IMG/VR virus record: IMGVR_UViG_3300020596_000014
Coordinates: 32,001-96,000 of that record
Origin: a virus
Reading direction: 5' to 3' (one strand)
Length of the DNA stretch: 64,000 nt
This document shows, one piece after another, positions 9,620-18,975 of the stretch. The position numbers and the translations under genes are program-made. A model generated the notes under the pieces. The model had not been told where the DNA came from. It did not search any database and saw nothing but the letters and a program-made list of their open reading frames with translations. The stretch's first letter is position 1, and each line of letters begins with the position of its first letter.

Positions 9620-10825
9620 GTGAAACTGGGAAAGACGTCAGTCGTCAAAGCGATATCGGCCGCGAAGACCCACCTACGAGGCAATCTCGCCGCCCTCGGT
9701 CGTGAATCCCTCGATCGTATCGCTGTTGTGGGTCCGCTTGGGTTACTACTGAACACGCGAGCACCTGTTGACCTCGACACAGACGCAGTCCATCCGTTCT
9801 TGATAACGTTGGAGCACGCGCGTGCCAGTGAAACTCTAGGGCCTGGCTCGATGCGCGCCGTCATCGCTTACGCTGACAGGATCCTTCGAGGCGGCCCTCA
9901 GACGCCGCATTCGCTGTCCGGGCGGGCGTTCACCCGTTCTGATGTCTCGCGCATCGCCCGGGGCATCCTGGAAGAAGACGACATTGAGGCCATGACCGCA
10001 TTCGTGGCCGAGGCCGGCGCTAGCCGCTACGTTGTTGAGCGCACTCCATCACGAGTTGATAATGTCGAATTTGTCGACAGCTACGAGTTCAAGCACGGTT
10101 CCATGCCTATCGACGGCACCGTCTCAATGGACGGGGCTCGCGTGCTCGTCGCCGACGGATATGTTGAGACGGTTGCTGAGATCCACGGCATCCTCGACCG
10201 ATGCGGTCGCGACAGGGAGAGGCTACTCATCTGTGGTCGAGGCTTCTCGGATGAGGTGATGTACACGCTAGCAGTTAATCGTCAGCGCGGCACGCTGGTT
10301 GCTTACGCTTTGACGTTCCCGTTCGATGACGTGGACGCCAACGCTTTGGTCGATATCGCCACAATCGTTGGCGGCGACGTGCTCTCATCACTCAAGGGAC
10401 AGCTCTTCACTAATGTAATGGTTTCAACGCTACCTCGCGTACCGTATGCTCGCTTGAGAGGCAACACGCTCGACTTTCGCGGCGAGGGCACAAGGGATCG
10501 CGTGGCGCTCGTGATGTTAGGCGTTCAGAGTAAGGCTGCTGAGGCCGAGGAACCCGCGCGCTCCATCTTAGATAAACGTGTGCGTCGGCTCGCTGGCGCG
10601 TGCATGATCATCCGCTTAGGTGACAGCATCGGTCACCTCGCTCGAATAGAGGCTTGGGACTTAATGATGCGCAGCCTTCGTCAGTCTACGTGCGGTGTGA
10701 TTGACGTGACAGACAATGAAGCTTGGCCCGATCGAGACGTCGTTCCACTTTCGTCGATGGCAACGGCACATGACATGGCGCGCAAGCTTGTCTCAGCACT
10801 AGAGTCGCTGGACTCCTACGTGTGA
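9620..10825 (+). CDS. degenerate GroEL/Cpn60-like protein
   Basis: Apical-domain likeness (RVLVADG..., LLICGRGFSDEVMYTLAVNRQRG, LVDIATIVGG, KRVRRLAG); GDGTT replaced by GPGSM; only 401 aa. Confidence 0.7.
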   Translation: MKLGKTSVVKAISAAKTHLRGNLAALGRESLDRIAVVGPLGLLLNTRAPVDLDTDAVHPFLITLEHARASETLGPGSMRAVIAYADRILRGGPQTPHSLSGRAFTRSDVSRIARGILEEDDIEAMTAFVAEAGASRYVVERTPSRVDNVEFVDSYEFKHGSMPIDGTVSMDGARVLVADGYVETVAEIHGILDRCGRDRERLLICGRGFSDEVMYTLAVNRQRGTLVAYALTFPFDDVDANALVDIATIVGGDVLSSLKGQLFTNVMVSTLPRVPYARLRGNTLDFRGEGTRDRVALVMLGVQSKAAEAEEPARSILDKRVRRLAGACMIIRLGDSIGHLARIEAWDLMMRSLRQSTCGVIDVTDNEAWPDRDVVPLSSMATAHDMARKLVSALESLDSYV

Positions 10826-11836
10826 TTACTTGACAGGAGCGGCCGCCGGCGCCGCCGGAGCACCAGCTGCGAGTTTCGGCGAGGGCTTCGCGGGGACTGG
10901 GATGTCATTGAGACCATTTGCTTTTGCGAGTGCCTGAATGATCTTCGTCGCAGTCTCCTTGTCAACGCCGGATTGACTAGCAAGGAAGTACGCGATGTCG
11001 TTGATCTTCTGAGCGTCAGCCGCGGGGTCAAGCTTCTTGTTGGCGGCCGCCGCCGCTGCAGGCGCTGCCACCTTGGAAGCCGTCGGCGGAATCGCTGCTT
11101 TCGCGCCTTGAGTCGGCGCTGCTGCCGTAGTTCCAGCCGTCGGAGTGGGTGCTGCTTGGCCGGCGGTGGCGGGCGCTGCTGCTTGCCCTGCTGCAGGCGT
11201 TGCCGCGGCCGGATCGGCTTGAGCTGCCGCAGGGTCAGCAGGCTCGGGTGCTGCAACCTGAATAGTGGCTGCTTGCTGTCCAAGCTTGTACGCGCCGTTC
11301 GGCGCGACGTTCTGCATGAGCTCCTGAATGGCAGCCTTGAGGTTCGAGATGTAAGGCATGTTGTTGTTAGTGAACAACCCCTTGATGTCTCCGCCGAGCG
11401 TTCCAGAACCGAGTGCCGGCGCGAAAGCCTTCTGCATAGTAGCAAGGAACTCTTCTTGAGTCTCTTGCGGAACGAGTTCAAGACACGACTTCTGTCCTTC
11501 GTTCTCCATCCCCTTGGGAAGGTTCAACTTGAGAATGCCAGGCAGCGCGACGAATCCGGCTTTCACTGCTCCAAGCATCGCGTCGGTCTTCACTAGCGGA
11601 TTGACAAGAACGTTCTTGAGACCCTGAAGTACACCACCTCTTGCATACTTCTGCAAATCAGCCTTGGCAGCCTTTAAAGCAGCCTGAAACATGGCCGCCC
11701 CATCAGGTAAAAGCCCTGTCAGCTTGTCTACCGTTGCCGCTGCTGCGTTGACCTTCGTCATGTCGATAGCCTCAGTCACTACGCGCCGCTCGCGTTGCTC
11801 GTAAACGTTCTTGAGGGTGCGATCTTTGAGTCTCAT
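10826..11836 (-). CDS. hypothetical protein with Ala/Pro-rich linker (possible internal head protein)
   Basis: 336-aa ORF; TAGTTA upstream on the minus strand; N-terminus ends in VVTE. Confidence 0.7.
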   Translation of the reverse strand: MRLKDRTLKNVYEQRERRVVTEAIDMTKVNAAAATVDKLTGLLPDGAAMFQAALKAAKADLQKYARGGVLQGLKNVLVNPLVKTDAMLGAVKAGFVALPGILKLNLPKGMENEGQKSCLELVPQETQEEFLATMQKAFAPALGSGTLGGDIKGLFTNNNMPYISNLKAAIQELMQNVAPNGAYKLGQQAATIQVAAPEPADPAAAQADPAAATPAAGQAAAPATAGQAAPTPTAGTTAAAPTQGAKAAIPPTASKVAAPAAAAAANKKLDPAADAQKINDIAYFLASQSGVDKETATKIIQALAKANGLNDIPVPAKPSPKLAAGAPAAPAAAPVK

Positions 11837-11876
11837 TGACAGTAACTAGACGTTTGGTGACTTACTATACATCATC

Positions 11877-12140
11877 ATGCAGAAGCAACGAAACGCAGTG
11901 GAGAAGTCTTATCTTGGGCTCTCGGACAGCATTAAGACGATCGTCACCCAGCGCCTTTATGGCGCCTTGGGTGAGATCAAGGTCGAACGGCAGCAGGCGC
12001 ACAAGATCCTCGCTGTCGTCATTGCCGCGATCGACGAGACGTACGGGCGCTCGTCGAAACATTTCGACAAGTCCATTGATGCGCTCGTGTCGGCTGTCAA
12101 GGAGGACAGCCGGCTCAAGAGCACCAAAAGTGCGGAGTGA
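11877..12140 (+). CDS. hypothetical protein
   Basis: First gene of a tightly packed plus-strand operon. Confidence 0.65.
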   Translation: MQKQRNAVEKSYLGLSDSIKTIVTQRLYGALGEIKVERQQAHKILAVVIAAIDETYGRSSKHFDKSIDALVSAVKEDSRLKSTKSAE

Positions 12141-12155
12141 AGGCTGGTTGACCCG

Positions 12156-12629
12156 ATGGCGAAACAGGGTGTCAAGCATCTTGTTGCGTGCAGCTGTGTA
12201 CTGCCGCAGCTCAGCAAGCTAAAGAAACCTCCTTCACACGAGTTTGTCGTGTTCTCAACCTTCGATGATGAAGCCAAGACATTTGAGTCGACTTTCGTTC
12301 AGTGCGACAACTGTGGTGTGGTTCACAAGATCACTGACGTTTGCGCCTCTTCTATTCTTCACGGTCGCGACGAGCTCAAGACTATCGTCACTCTCGATGA
12401 TGTCAAACCGTCAGTGCCGTCGAAGCTCGCTGACGTGCTGGAGCAGCACAAGGTCGATCTCCCAACGTGGCAGCAGGTCGCTTGGATAATCGAAGAAAAC
12501 CGATGGGGCACGCCGGTTATCCTGACTTCGGAGTACGTTGACGGCGCTCGGCAAGGAAAAACAATGATCATCTTGGGAGAAACGCTCTATAAGATTAGCA
12601 ACTTCATGAACGAAACGGTGGCAGGATGA
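12156..12629 (+). CDS. hypothetical Zn-ribbon protein
   Basis: CSC...CDNCGVVH. Confidence 0.7.
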   Translation: MAKQGVKHLVACSCVLPQLSKLKKPPSHEFVVFSTFDDEAKTFESTFVQCDNCGVVHKITDVCASSILHGRDELKTIVTLDDVKPSVPSKLADVLEQHKVDLPTWQQVAWIIEENRWGTPVILTSEYVDGARQGKTMIILGETLYKISNFMNETVAG

Positions 12630-12877
12630 ACGAGAACTACGCGAACGTGAGCATTGGCGAGTCAGACGCTGACAAGAAGACAAAAGACATCCAACTCTGT
12701 CGCGATGTAATCTTGGAGATCATGAATCTTAACCCGTCTCAGAATCAGATCCTCATGATGATCCAGCTCCTTGGTTGCGAACTCGTCCATCACGAACAGA
12801 TGGTCGAAGTGGTCACGATGACTAAAGAGTTTATGAAGGGTCAGAACATGCTTCTCGTCCCTGACGAAGAGTCGTGA
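12626..12877 (+). CDS. hypothetical protein
   Basis: ATGA-coupled to the upstream gene. Confidence 0.65.
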   Translation: MNENYANVSIGESDADKKTKDIQLCRDVILEIMNLNPSQNQILMMIQLLGCELVHHEQMVEVVTMTKEFMKGQNMLLVPDEES

Positions 12878-12895
12878 GCGTACCAGCTTGTCAAC

Positions 12896-13486
12896 ATGGG
12901 ACGATCAACAGTTCTCAACGGCAACGCCACGCTCGGCTCGGGCGACGAATCGACAGCTTTTCAACTAGCAGAACGCATCGTCTATCTGGCAGGTGAAGTG
13001 AGCGAGCAATCGATCGCTCATGTGACAGCAACGATCATCGCACTAGCGAACATCGACAAGTCCACGCCTATCAAGCTCATAATCAGTACGTACGGAGGCT
13101 CTGTCGACGAGATGTTCAGTCTCTACGACGTCATAAAGTACGTTCCGTGCCCGGTTCACACCATTGCTATCGGCAAGGTGATGTCGGCCGGTGTGCTGCT
13201 CGTTGCCTCAGGTTCGCGTGGGAATAGGCTTATCGGTCGCTCCACACGTTTGATGATCCACCCGATCTCAGCAGGTCAAGAAGGCACAGTCTTCCAGATG
13301 AAGAACGAGCTAGCCGAGACGACGCGCATGCAGGCTCTGATGGAAGAATTGCTGGTTGCAAACACCAAGATGACCAAGACGCAGGTCGCAACCCTCATGA
13401 AAAAAGGTCACGACTCGTATCTTACTGCAAAAGAAGCAGTCAAACTAGGCATCGTTGATGCTATCTTTGAAGCACGGGAGAAATGA
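12896..13486 (+). CDS. clpP: ClpP-family protease subunit
   Basis: ISTYGGSV, GKVMSAG (Ser), MIHP (His), DSYLTAKEAVKLGIVD (Asp). Confidence 0.92.
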   Translation: MGRSTVLNGNATLGSGDESTAFQLAERIVYLAGEVSEQSIAHVTATIIALANIDKSTPIKLIISTYGGSVDEMFSLYDVIKYVPCPVHTIAIGKVMSAGVLLVASGSRGNRLIGRSTRLMIHPISAGQEGTVFQMKNELAETTRMQALMEELLVANTKMTKTQVATLMKKGHDSYLTAKEAVKLGIVDAIFEAREK

Positions 13487-13722
13487 CAATGGAAGACACT
13501 CTGAAGGAAAAGGTCGACGCGCTCAAGACGCTTCTCGACTCGATGGATGAAGATATCACGAAGAGCGACGAAGGCACCATCGCTGCCGGCGGACGTGTTC
13601 GCAAGGATCTGCAGGAGCTCAAGCGGCTCGCCCAAGTGGCGCGCGTCTTTTGTCTCAAGCGTGATCACGAACGTAAGACCGTCGCGAAGGTGAAGCGAAC
13701 ACCCACGCAAGTGGGTAGTTAA
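13483..13722 (+). CDS. histone H1-like nucleoid protein Hc1 family
   Basis: DITKSDEGTIAAGGRVRKDLQELKRLAQ resembles the Hc1 core (K..kGNKAAa.RvR). Confidence 0.65.
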   Translation: MTMEDTLKEKVDALKTLLDSMDEDITKSDEGTIAAGGRVRKDLQELKRLAQVARVFCLKRDHERKTVAKVKRTPTQVGS

Positions 13723-13729
13723 CTGCAAC

Positions 13730-14086
13730 ATGCCTTCTTCTAAAGCCATCCTCCGTGACATCGCCGATTTTAAGCTCGATCCCAAAGTGGCACACACCAA
13801 GGCTGGAGCAGATGGTCGCGTCCATGGTAAGGAAGCGCCTCTTCCCAAGAAGGAAGCTCTCAAGGTGAAGGCAAAAGAAGATGTTGTGTTGGAAACGAAG
13901 ACGCCGGCGGAGGAAAAGAAGTCTAAGCAAACCCCGCCGGCGCCTATCCAGTCTACATCCAAGAACAACAAGAAGGCAGTCAACGCGAATGACAGTGTCG
14001 AGAGCAGTGCCCCCGCGGGCAAGCAAGAAGCAGTCGAAGTCTCGGAACCTGCAACGGTCACCGACATCGACCCCGTCGTCGTCTAA
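13730..14086 (+). CDS. Lys/Glu-rich low-complexity hypothetical protein
   Basis: ATG 9 nt after TAGTTA; overlaps the 5' end of the PhoH frame. Confidence 0.55.
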   Translation: MPSSKAILRDIADFKLDPKVAHTKAGADGRVHGKEAPLPKKEALKVKAKEDVVLETKTPAEEKKSKQTPPAPIQSTSKNNKKAVNANDSVESSAPAGKQEAVEVSEPATVTDIDPVVV

Positions 14087-15413
14087 GACTTTTGTTCTCG
14101 ATACAAACGTATTGCTTAGCGACGTTGACGCGATCGACTCGTTTGGTGATAACGATGTAGTCATCCCGCTGGCTGTTTTGGAGGAGCTCGACTCCAACAA
14201 GAAGCGTATGGACGAAGTCGGACGCAACGCGCGTATGGCGTGTCGTAAGCTCGACTCGCTCCGCGAGGTTGGGAGTCTACACGATTGGGTACCGCTAGCC
14301 AACGGTGGTCGCATCTGCGTGCGCTCCAACAAGGCGAGCGCAAAGGATGTTCTGCCGTCTGAGCTACTGCATGACAAGAACGATAACTTGATCATCGCTT
14401 GTGCTCTCCAACTAAAGGACAAGCGCGCGATCGTCGTGTCGAAAGACATCAACGTCCGTGTGAAGTGCGATGCTCTTGGAGTGCTTGCGCAAGACTATCT
14501 GAAGCAGCGCGCGGCCGACCAGGCTGAAGACCTGTACACCGGTGTGCTCGTAACTCAGCTAGAAGATGATCTCGTCGCCGCCGTGTGGGCCACTCGTCAG
14601 CTTGAGTTGGGCGACATTCCACACGATACACACCCTAACCAGATCATCGTCATCCCACGAAGTGACGACAGCGGTTCGACAACCATCCTCCGACATGTCA
14701 AGGATCGCTATCGTGTCGTCAAGGAACATCGCGACGTGTTTGGGCTTGAACCTCGCAACAAGGAGCAGAATTTCGCTCTTGACTTGCTTCTCGACCCTAA
14801 CGTGAAGCTTGTCACTTTGGTTGGCGCCGCGGGCTGCGGTAAGACTCTCATTTCGCTTGCCGCCGGTCTCGCCCAGACACTTGGTGTTCAACCTTTGTAC
14901 GACAAACTGGTCGTTACTCGACCCATCGAGCCGCTCGGCCGTGACATCGGGTTTCTGCCCGGCACGTTTGAGGAGAAGATGGCTCCTTGGATTGCTCCTA
15001 TCAGGGATAATCTCGGTTTCTTGCTCTCACACAAGAGCAAGAACGGCAAAAAATCATCTAAGGACCTCGACGGCGACCCGTACATCAATCTCTTATTCGA
15101 GCAGAAGAAGATCGAGATCGAGGCGGTCGCGTACATTCGCGGTCGCTCCATCCCTAACTCTTTCATCATCATTGATGAAGCACAGAACTTGACAGTTCAT
15201 CAACTGAAGACGATTATCACGCGATCAGGCGAAAACACGAAAATCGTGCTCTGTGGTGACATTCATCAGATCGACGCAAGTCACATGGACGCGGTTTCGA
15301 ACGGGCTCTCGTATGTTGTCGAAGCGTTCAAGAACGAAGATATGGCAGGACACGTCACGTTGATTAAAGGTGAAAGATCATCTCTTGCAACGCGTGCTGC
15401 TGAACTTTTATAA
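13989..15413 (+). CDS. phoH: PIN domain-PhoH ATPase (PhoH2/YlaK type)
   Basis: FVLDTNVLL, V..ELD, NDNLI, VSKDINVR; GAAGCGKT, GFLPG, YIRGRS, IIDEAQN, GD..QID; start uncertain. Confidence 0.92.
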   Translation: MTVSRAVPPRASKKQSKSRNLQRSPTSTPSSSKTFVLDTNVLLSDVDAIDSFGDNDVVIPLAVLEELDSNKKRMDEVGRNARMACRKLDSLREVGSLHDWVPLANGGRICVRSNKASAKDVLPSELLHDKNDNLIIACALQLKDKRAIVVSKDINVRVKCDALGVLAQDYLKQRAADQAEDLYTGVLVTQLEDDLVAAVWATRQLELGDIPHDTHPNQIIVIPRSDDSGSTTILRHVKDRYRVVKEHRDVFGLEPRNKEQNFALDLLLDPNVKLVTLVGAAGCGKTLISLAAGLAQTLGVQPLYDKLVVTRPIEPLGRDIGFLPGTFEEKMAPWIAPIRDNLGFLLSHKSKNGKKSSKDLDGDPYINLLFEQKKIEIEAVAYIRGRSIPNSFIIIDEAQNLTVHQLKTIITRSGENTKIVLCGDIHQIDASHMDAVSNGLSYVVEAFKNEDMAGHVTLIKGERSSLATRAAELL

Positions 15414-15468
15414 TAAAGTTCAATGTTAGCGTAGATTACACGACCAAATCGCTTTGACCAAATCTTCT

Positions 15469-15597
15469 ATGAGAGACAAAACTCATTCACTCAAAGTCAA
15501 GGAAAAGATGCAACAGGCTCGATTATGGAAGACGTCGTGGAACAAGCGCGGTGACATTGCTCTTCTGGAGCCTGAATCCGACAGCCTTGTTACCTAG
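15469..15597 (+). pseudogene. NUMOD3 homing-endonuclease remnant
   Basis: MRDKTHSLKVKEKMQQARLWKTSWNKR is NUMOD3-like (GKkHSeEtKeKM..a.lGk.pWNKG); no nuclease domain. Confidence 0.55.
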
Positions 15598-15608
15598 AGT
15601 CATCTCCA

Positions 15609-16565
15609 ATGGGGCTGCTCGATCCGAAATCACGTGTTCTCGACGTTGTGCTGACCGAACAGGGTCGCGAGGCCTTGGCGCGCTCGGCGCTAAAGATCGC
15701 GTACTACAGCCTCACCGACTCCACCATGTTTTACGAGACCGACGTCAGCGGGTCGTCTGACGTCACGCAACGAGTGTACGCTGAGGTGGCCTCTAACCTG
15801 CCTCAGAACGTCATCAGCCTGCTCGCGAACGATGCCGGCCAGATCACGCGCGTGCGCTCTACAGCTATTCCTGACGTGCAGGTGTTCGGTGGCCAGGTCC
15901 TGTCTGGCTCTTACCAAAATGAGACAGTGTTGACGGGCGCTGCTTTCGCTTCGATGGCCGGGCAGATTCTGTCGTCGTCGTTGGATAATCTCAAGAACAA
16001 CTTCGTCCTCGGAACTGTTGATGAATTCTTTGAGGACGAGGAATTCAAGCTTGGACCTGCTCGCGTCGAGTTCGCGTTGACTTCACATGACGATCAGCAC
16101 TCTGTAGGGTCTACCGCCGTAATGAATATGGGCACTGTCAACGTCACGACACTAGAGAGCTTTTTCCAGGATCCGCTGTTGAGTCACATCCCTAACTTCC
16201 AGTTCATGCCTCCGGTGAACAAGCAACGATCCAGCGATCAAAATCAAGTGCCACTCGGGGAATACAAGTCAATTAGTGCCGGCGCTCGTATGAGCTACGA
16301 AGATGTCAAGCAGGAATTGTCAGACGCTCGTAGAATAGGCAATCTACGCACGTTCAAGTTTGACCCGGCCCCACGCACCAACAACGTTCATTTGCAGTTC
16401 TTCGAGCAAACCAACACAGGGATGACAAAGCTAGACACCATTGATTTCGGCACGTACCGCGGCGAAGGCGGAGCCCCTGTCCGCGTCGTGTTCGTCGGTA
16501 AAGTGTACTGGGACGACTACGACACCGAAACGTTCGTTAGACTCTTCACGGTTACGTTGGAATAA
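15609..16565 (+). CDS. putative virion structural protein (N-terminus paralogous to 30792)
   Basis: MGLLD..LDVVLTEQGREALAR..YYSLTD; TACCTA upstream. Confidence 0.6.
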   Translation: MGLLDPKSRVLDVVLTEQGREALARSALKIAYYSLTDSTMFYETDVSGSSDVTQRVYAEVASNLPQNVISLLANDAGQITRVRSTAIPDVQVFGGQVLSGSYQNETVLTGAAFASMAGQILSSSLDNLKNNFVLGTVDEFFEDEEFKLGPARVEFALTSHDDQHSVGSTAVMNMGTVNVTTLESFFQDPLLSHIPNFQFMPPVNKQRSSDQNQVPLGEYKSISAGARMSYEDVKQELSDARRIGNLRTFKFDPAPRTNNVHLQFFEQTNTGMTKLDTIDFGTYRGEGGAPVRVVFVGKVYWDDYDTETFVRLFTVTLE

Positions 16566-16566
16566 C

Positions 16567-18975
16567 ATGTACATTCAACTTCAATCCTCGTACCAGATCG
16601 TGTCCTTGCCAGACGATTACCTCACATTGAAGGAAGTCGATGGCGAGAATCTTACGTTTGAATTGAAGTACATGTTCGACCAAGAAATAGGGATCAAACA
16701 GAACATCACAAATGTACACATCGAGATCGCAAAGAAGTCACCTCCGAAGCTTGCGATCGTGAATGACTCTCGAAACCTCGTCGCTGACATTCAGCGTCAG
16801 AAGAATGCGCATATACAACTCATCAAGTCATACGTCAAGAACGATCTGCTCGCGACGGTCGCTAGCGATCCAACGAAGAGCATAAGCAACGAGGTCGTCC
16901 CGCTCTTCAAAAGAGGTTACACCGCAAGCCAGTTACCGCAACTCTTAAAGCGTGTTCTGATGCCAGTGCGTATCGCGGACGCTCGCAATTACCTGCCGCC
17001 GGTGAACGCACAGCACGACGTTGGCAACCCCGGCTCGGCGCAGCAGCTCGCGGAACAGCTTCTGCTTCTGGGGCACGACCCTTCGTCCGCGTACAAGATC
17101 AACAATCTGGGTCTTTCTCAGGCCGAGGCTCATCGTGGTATTCGACAGAACAGTCCCTCGGTCTTCAATAGTCTCGCCGAAAAAATCTTATACAAGTACA
17201 AGATTTTACCTTATCTCAAGCCAATCAATCAGCATTCAGCCGGTGATCCAGGCATTGTTCTCAATGGTGAGGACGACCCTGTTGATCAGTACACACTCGA
17301 ACGTGTGACAGTAGAGAGTCGACATGTGTCAGTGTTGGACATTCTCAAATTCAATTTACCATCGACAAGCGACAGACTCACGCTCGTTGTGAAGGTGAAA
17401 AACAACGCGGGCGTGACCGTACAGGTCTTGGAACGCATCTTTTCACCTCGTGAGTATATCAAGTACTACAGCATCCCAACCCAACCCCCTATTGTTTTGG
17501 TGAACAATCAAGCAAATAAGACACATGTGATGCTTGCCATCAAACAAGTTGATCCTGCAGCGACCGGTGTCCGCATCTATAAACGTTTGTATGATCACAA
17601 TACCTTCACGGACGAGCCCTATGTGTTCGTGAACGCGCTGACTGTCAGTCCGACGAGCGGCTGGGTATACATCCCAGTTGACGTGTCGCTTGGGAACACA
17701 AACATCTATAGGGTTATTCCGACTAGCGCTCTCGGCACCTACGGGTGTGACTTCGCTACTGCCGTTGTTCGACCAAAGATGCGAAACGCAACTATTAAGC
17801 GAGTTGTCATCACGACTAAGCCTCAGCTTAAAGGTGTTTTGCTTGAGATCTCGAAGTTGCCGTCCGACTGCGTGTCGTTCCAGATTATTCGCGAGGATGT
17901 CACGATCGACAAGGGCACGAAGGAGTTCGTGCAGACACCCGTCAGGGTAGAGTCAAACGATGCGAATCGTGTGTACACGTTCACTGACATAGGTGTGAAA
18001 CCAAACCACTTATACATGTATTACTGCCGCATCTTCCGCAAAACCGGCAGTCACGAAGATCGTCTTGCGGCAAATTATGAGCACATTCCGCTCGTGGAAA
18101 ACATTGTTGAGACAAAGATCAAAAACTCTTCGTTGCATCTCACCGACCGCGGATTTGACGTTCAGTTTACCATCGAGACAACAGTTGTGAGTACCAACGT
18201 GGACCTGGTGAAGCAGCTGTTGGAGCGACAGGGTCTCTATGAGATCTTCAAGTCTGACATCGCCGACGTGCGTGATCAGCTTGAGAAATTGATCGCTCAC
18301 AACGTGAAGCGTGTCGACCTCACGACCGGCGCAGTGGAGGACTTTGGAACAGTGCAAACCGTCACCTTTTCCGACCTTGAAGCGAGGAATGTCGCCGGCG
18401 TCTCCGATCTCCGCATCGGGCACAAGTATCGTTACATTGTGACTGCATTACTTCGCGCTCCGGAAACATTGTTAGAGTCTTACGTCAAAACGTCACGTGA
18501 CGTTTTGACGAATCGTGAGTACTCATACAAACCTTTCAAGTTCTTGCATCCTGTTGTTGCCAAGTACGGGAACATTGTGACGCCGAGCTCGATCCGAGCA
18601 AATTATTCTAAGAATCCCATGACCTTCGGTGAGATCGGAAGTTACACCATTATCGAGGTTGCGCTAGACAAGCAGAAGTCTATTATCACCACCGCGATAC
18701 GCGAGAAGAAGGGCAGCAACATCGACGTTCTACAGTGGGTTCTTAACGGCACATCAAAGGATGTTGATCACTTTCAAGTGATCGTCGAACACGGTGGAAA
18801 GAAGAATATTGTGGGAAAAGTCGCTTGCGTCCCTGAAACTGATAATTTTGTATATGTGCGTAAACTTGACTCAACGGAGGTTGGCCTTGATTTGCGATAC
18901 TCGGTTTGTCCTGTCTATCACGACTTCACACGTGGATTAGAAGTGCTTGTCTCTAACACGGAGTACAACTCGTGA
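16567..18975 (+). CDS. large beta-rich protein with Ig/FN3-like repeats, putative virion protein
   Basis: IYKR...NIYRVIP, FQIIRED...FTD.GVKPNHLYMY, LRIGHKYRYIV FN3-like motifs; ATG right after the upstream stop. Confidence 0.55.
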   Translation: MYIQLQSSYQIVSLPDDYLTLKEVDGENLTFELKYMFDQEIGIKQNITNVHIEIAKKSPPKLAIVNDSRNLVADIQRQKNAHIQLIKSYVKNDLLATVASDPTKSISNEVVPLFKRGYTASQLPQLLKRVLMPVRIADARNYLPPVNAQHDVGNPGSAQQLAEQLLLLGHDPSSAYKINNLGLSQAEAHRGIRQNSPSVFNSLAEKILYKYKILPYLKPINQHSAGDPGIVLNGEDDPVDQYTLERVTVESRHVSVLDILKFNLPSTSDRLTLVVKVKNNAGVTVQVLERIFSPREYIKYYSIPTQPPIVLVNNQANKTHVMLAIKQVDPAATGVRIYKRLYDHNTFTDEPYVFVNALTVSPTSGWVYIPVDVSLGNTNIYRVIPTSALGTYGCDFATAVVRPKMRNATIKRVVITTKPQLKGVLLEISKLPSDCVSFQIIREDVTIDKGTKEFVQTPVRVESNDANRVYTFTDIGVKPNHLYMYYCRIFRKTGSHEDRLAANYEHIPLVENIVETKIKNSSLHLTDRGFDVQFTIETTVVSTNVDLVKQLLERQGLYEIFKSDIADVRDQLEKLIAHNVKRVDLTTGAVEDFGTVQTVTFSDLEARNVAGVSDLRIGHKYRYIVTALLRAPETLLESYVKTSRDVLTNREYSYKPFKFLHPVVAKYGNIVTPSSIRANYSKNPMTFGEIGSYTIIEVALDKQKSIITTAIREKKGSNIDVLQWVLNGTSKDVDHFQVIVEHGGKKNIVGKVACVPETDNFVYVRKLDSTEVGLDLRYSVCPVYHDFTRGLEVLVSNTEYNS

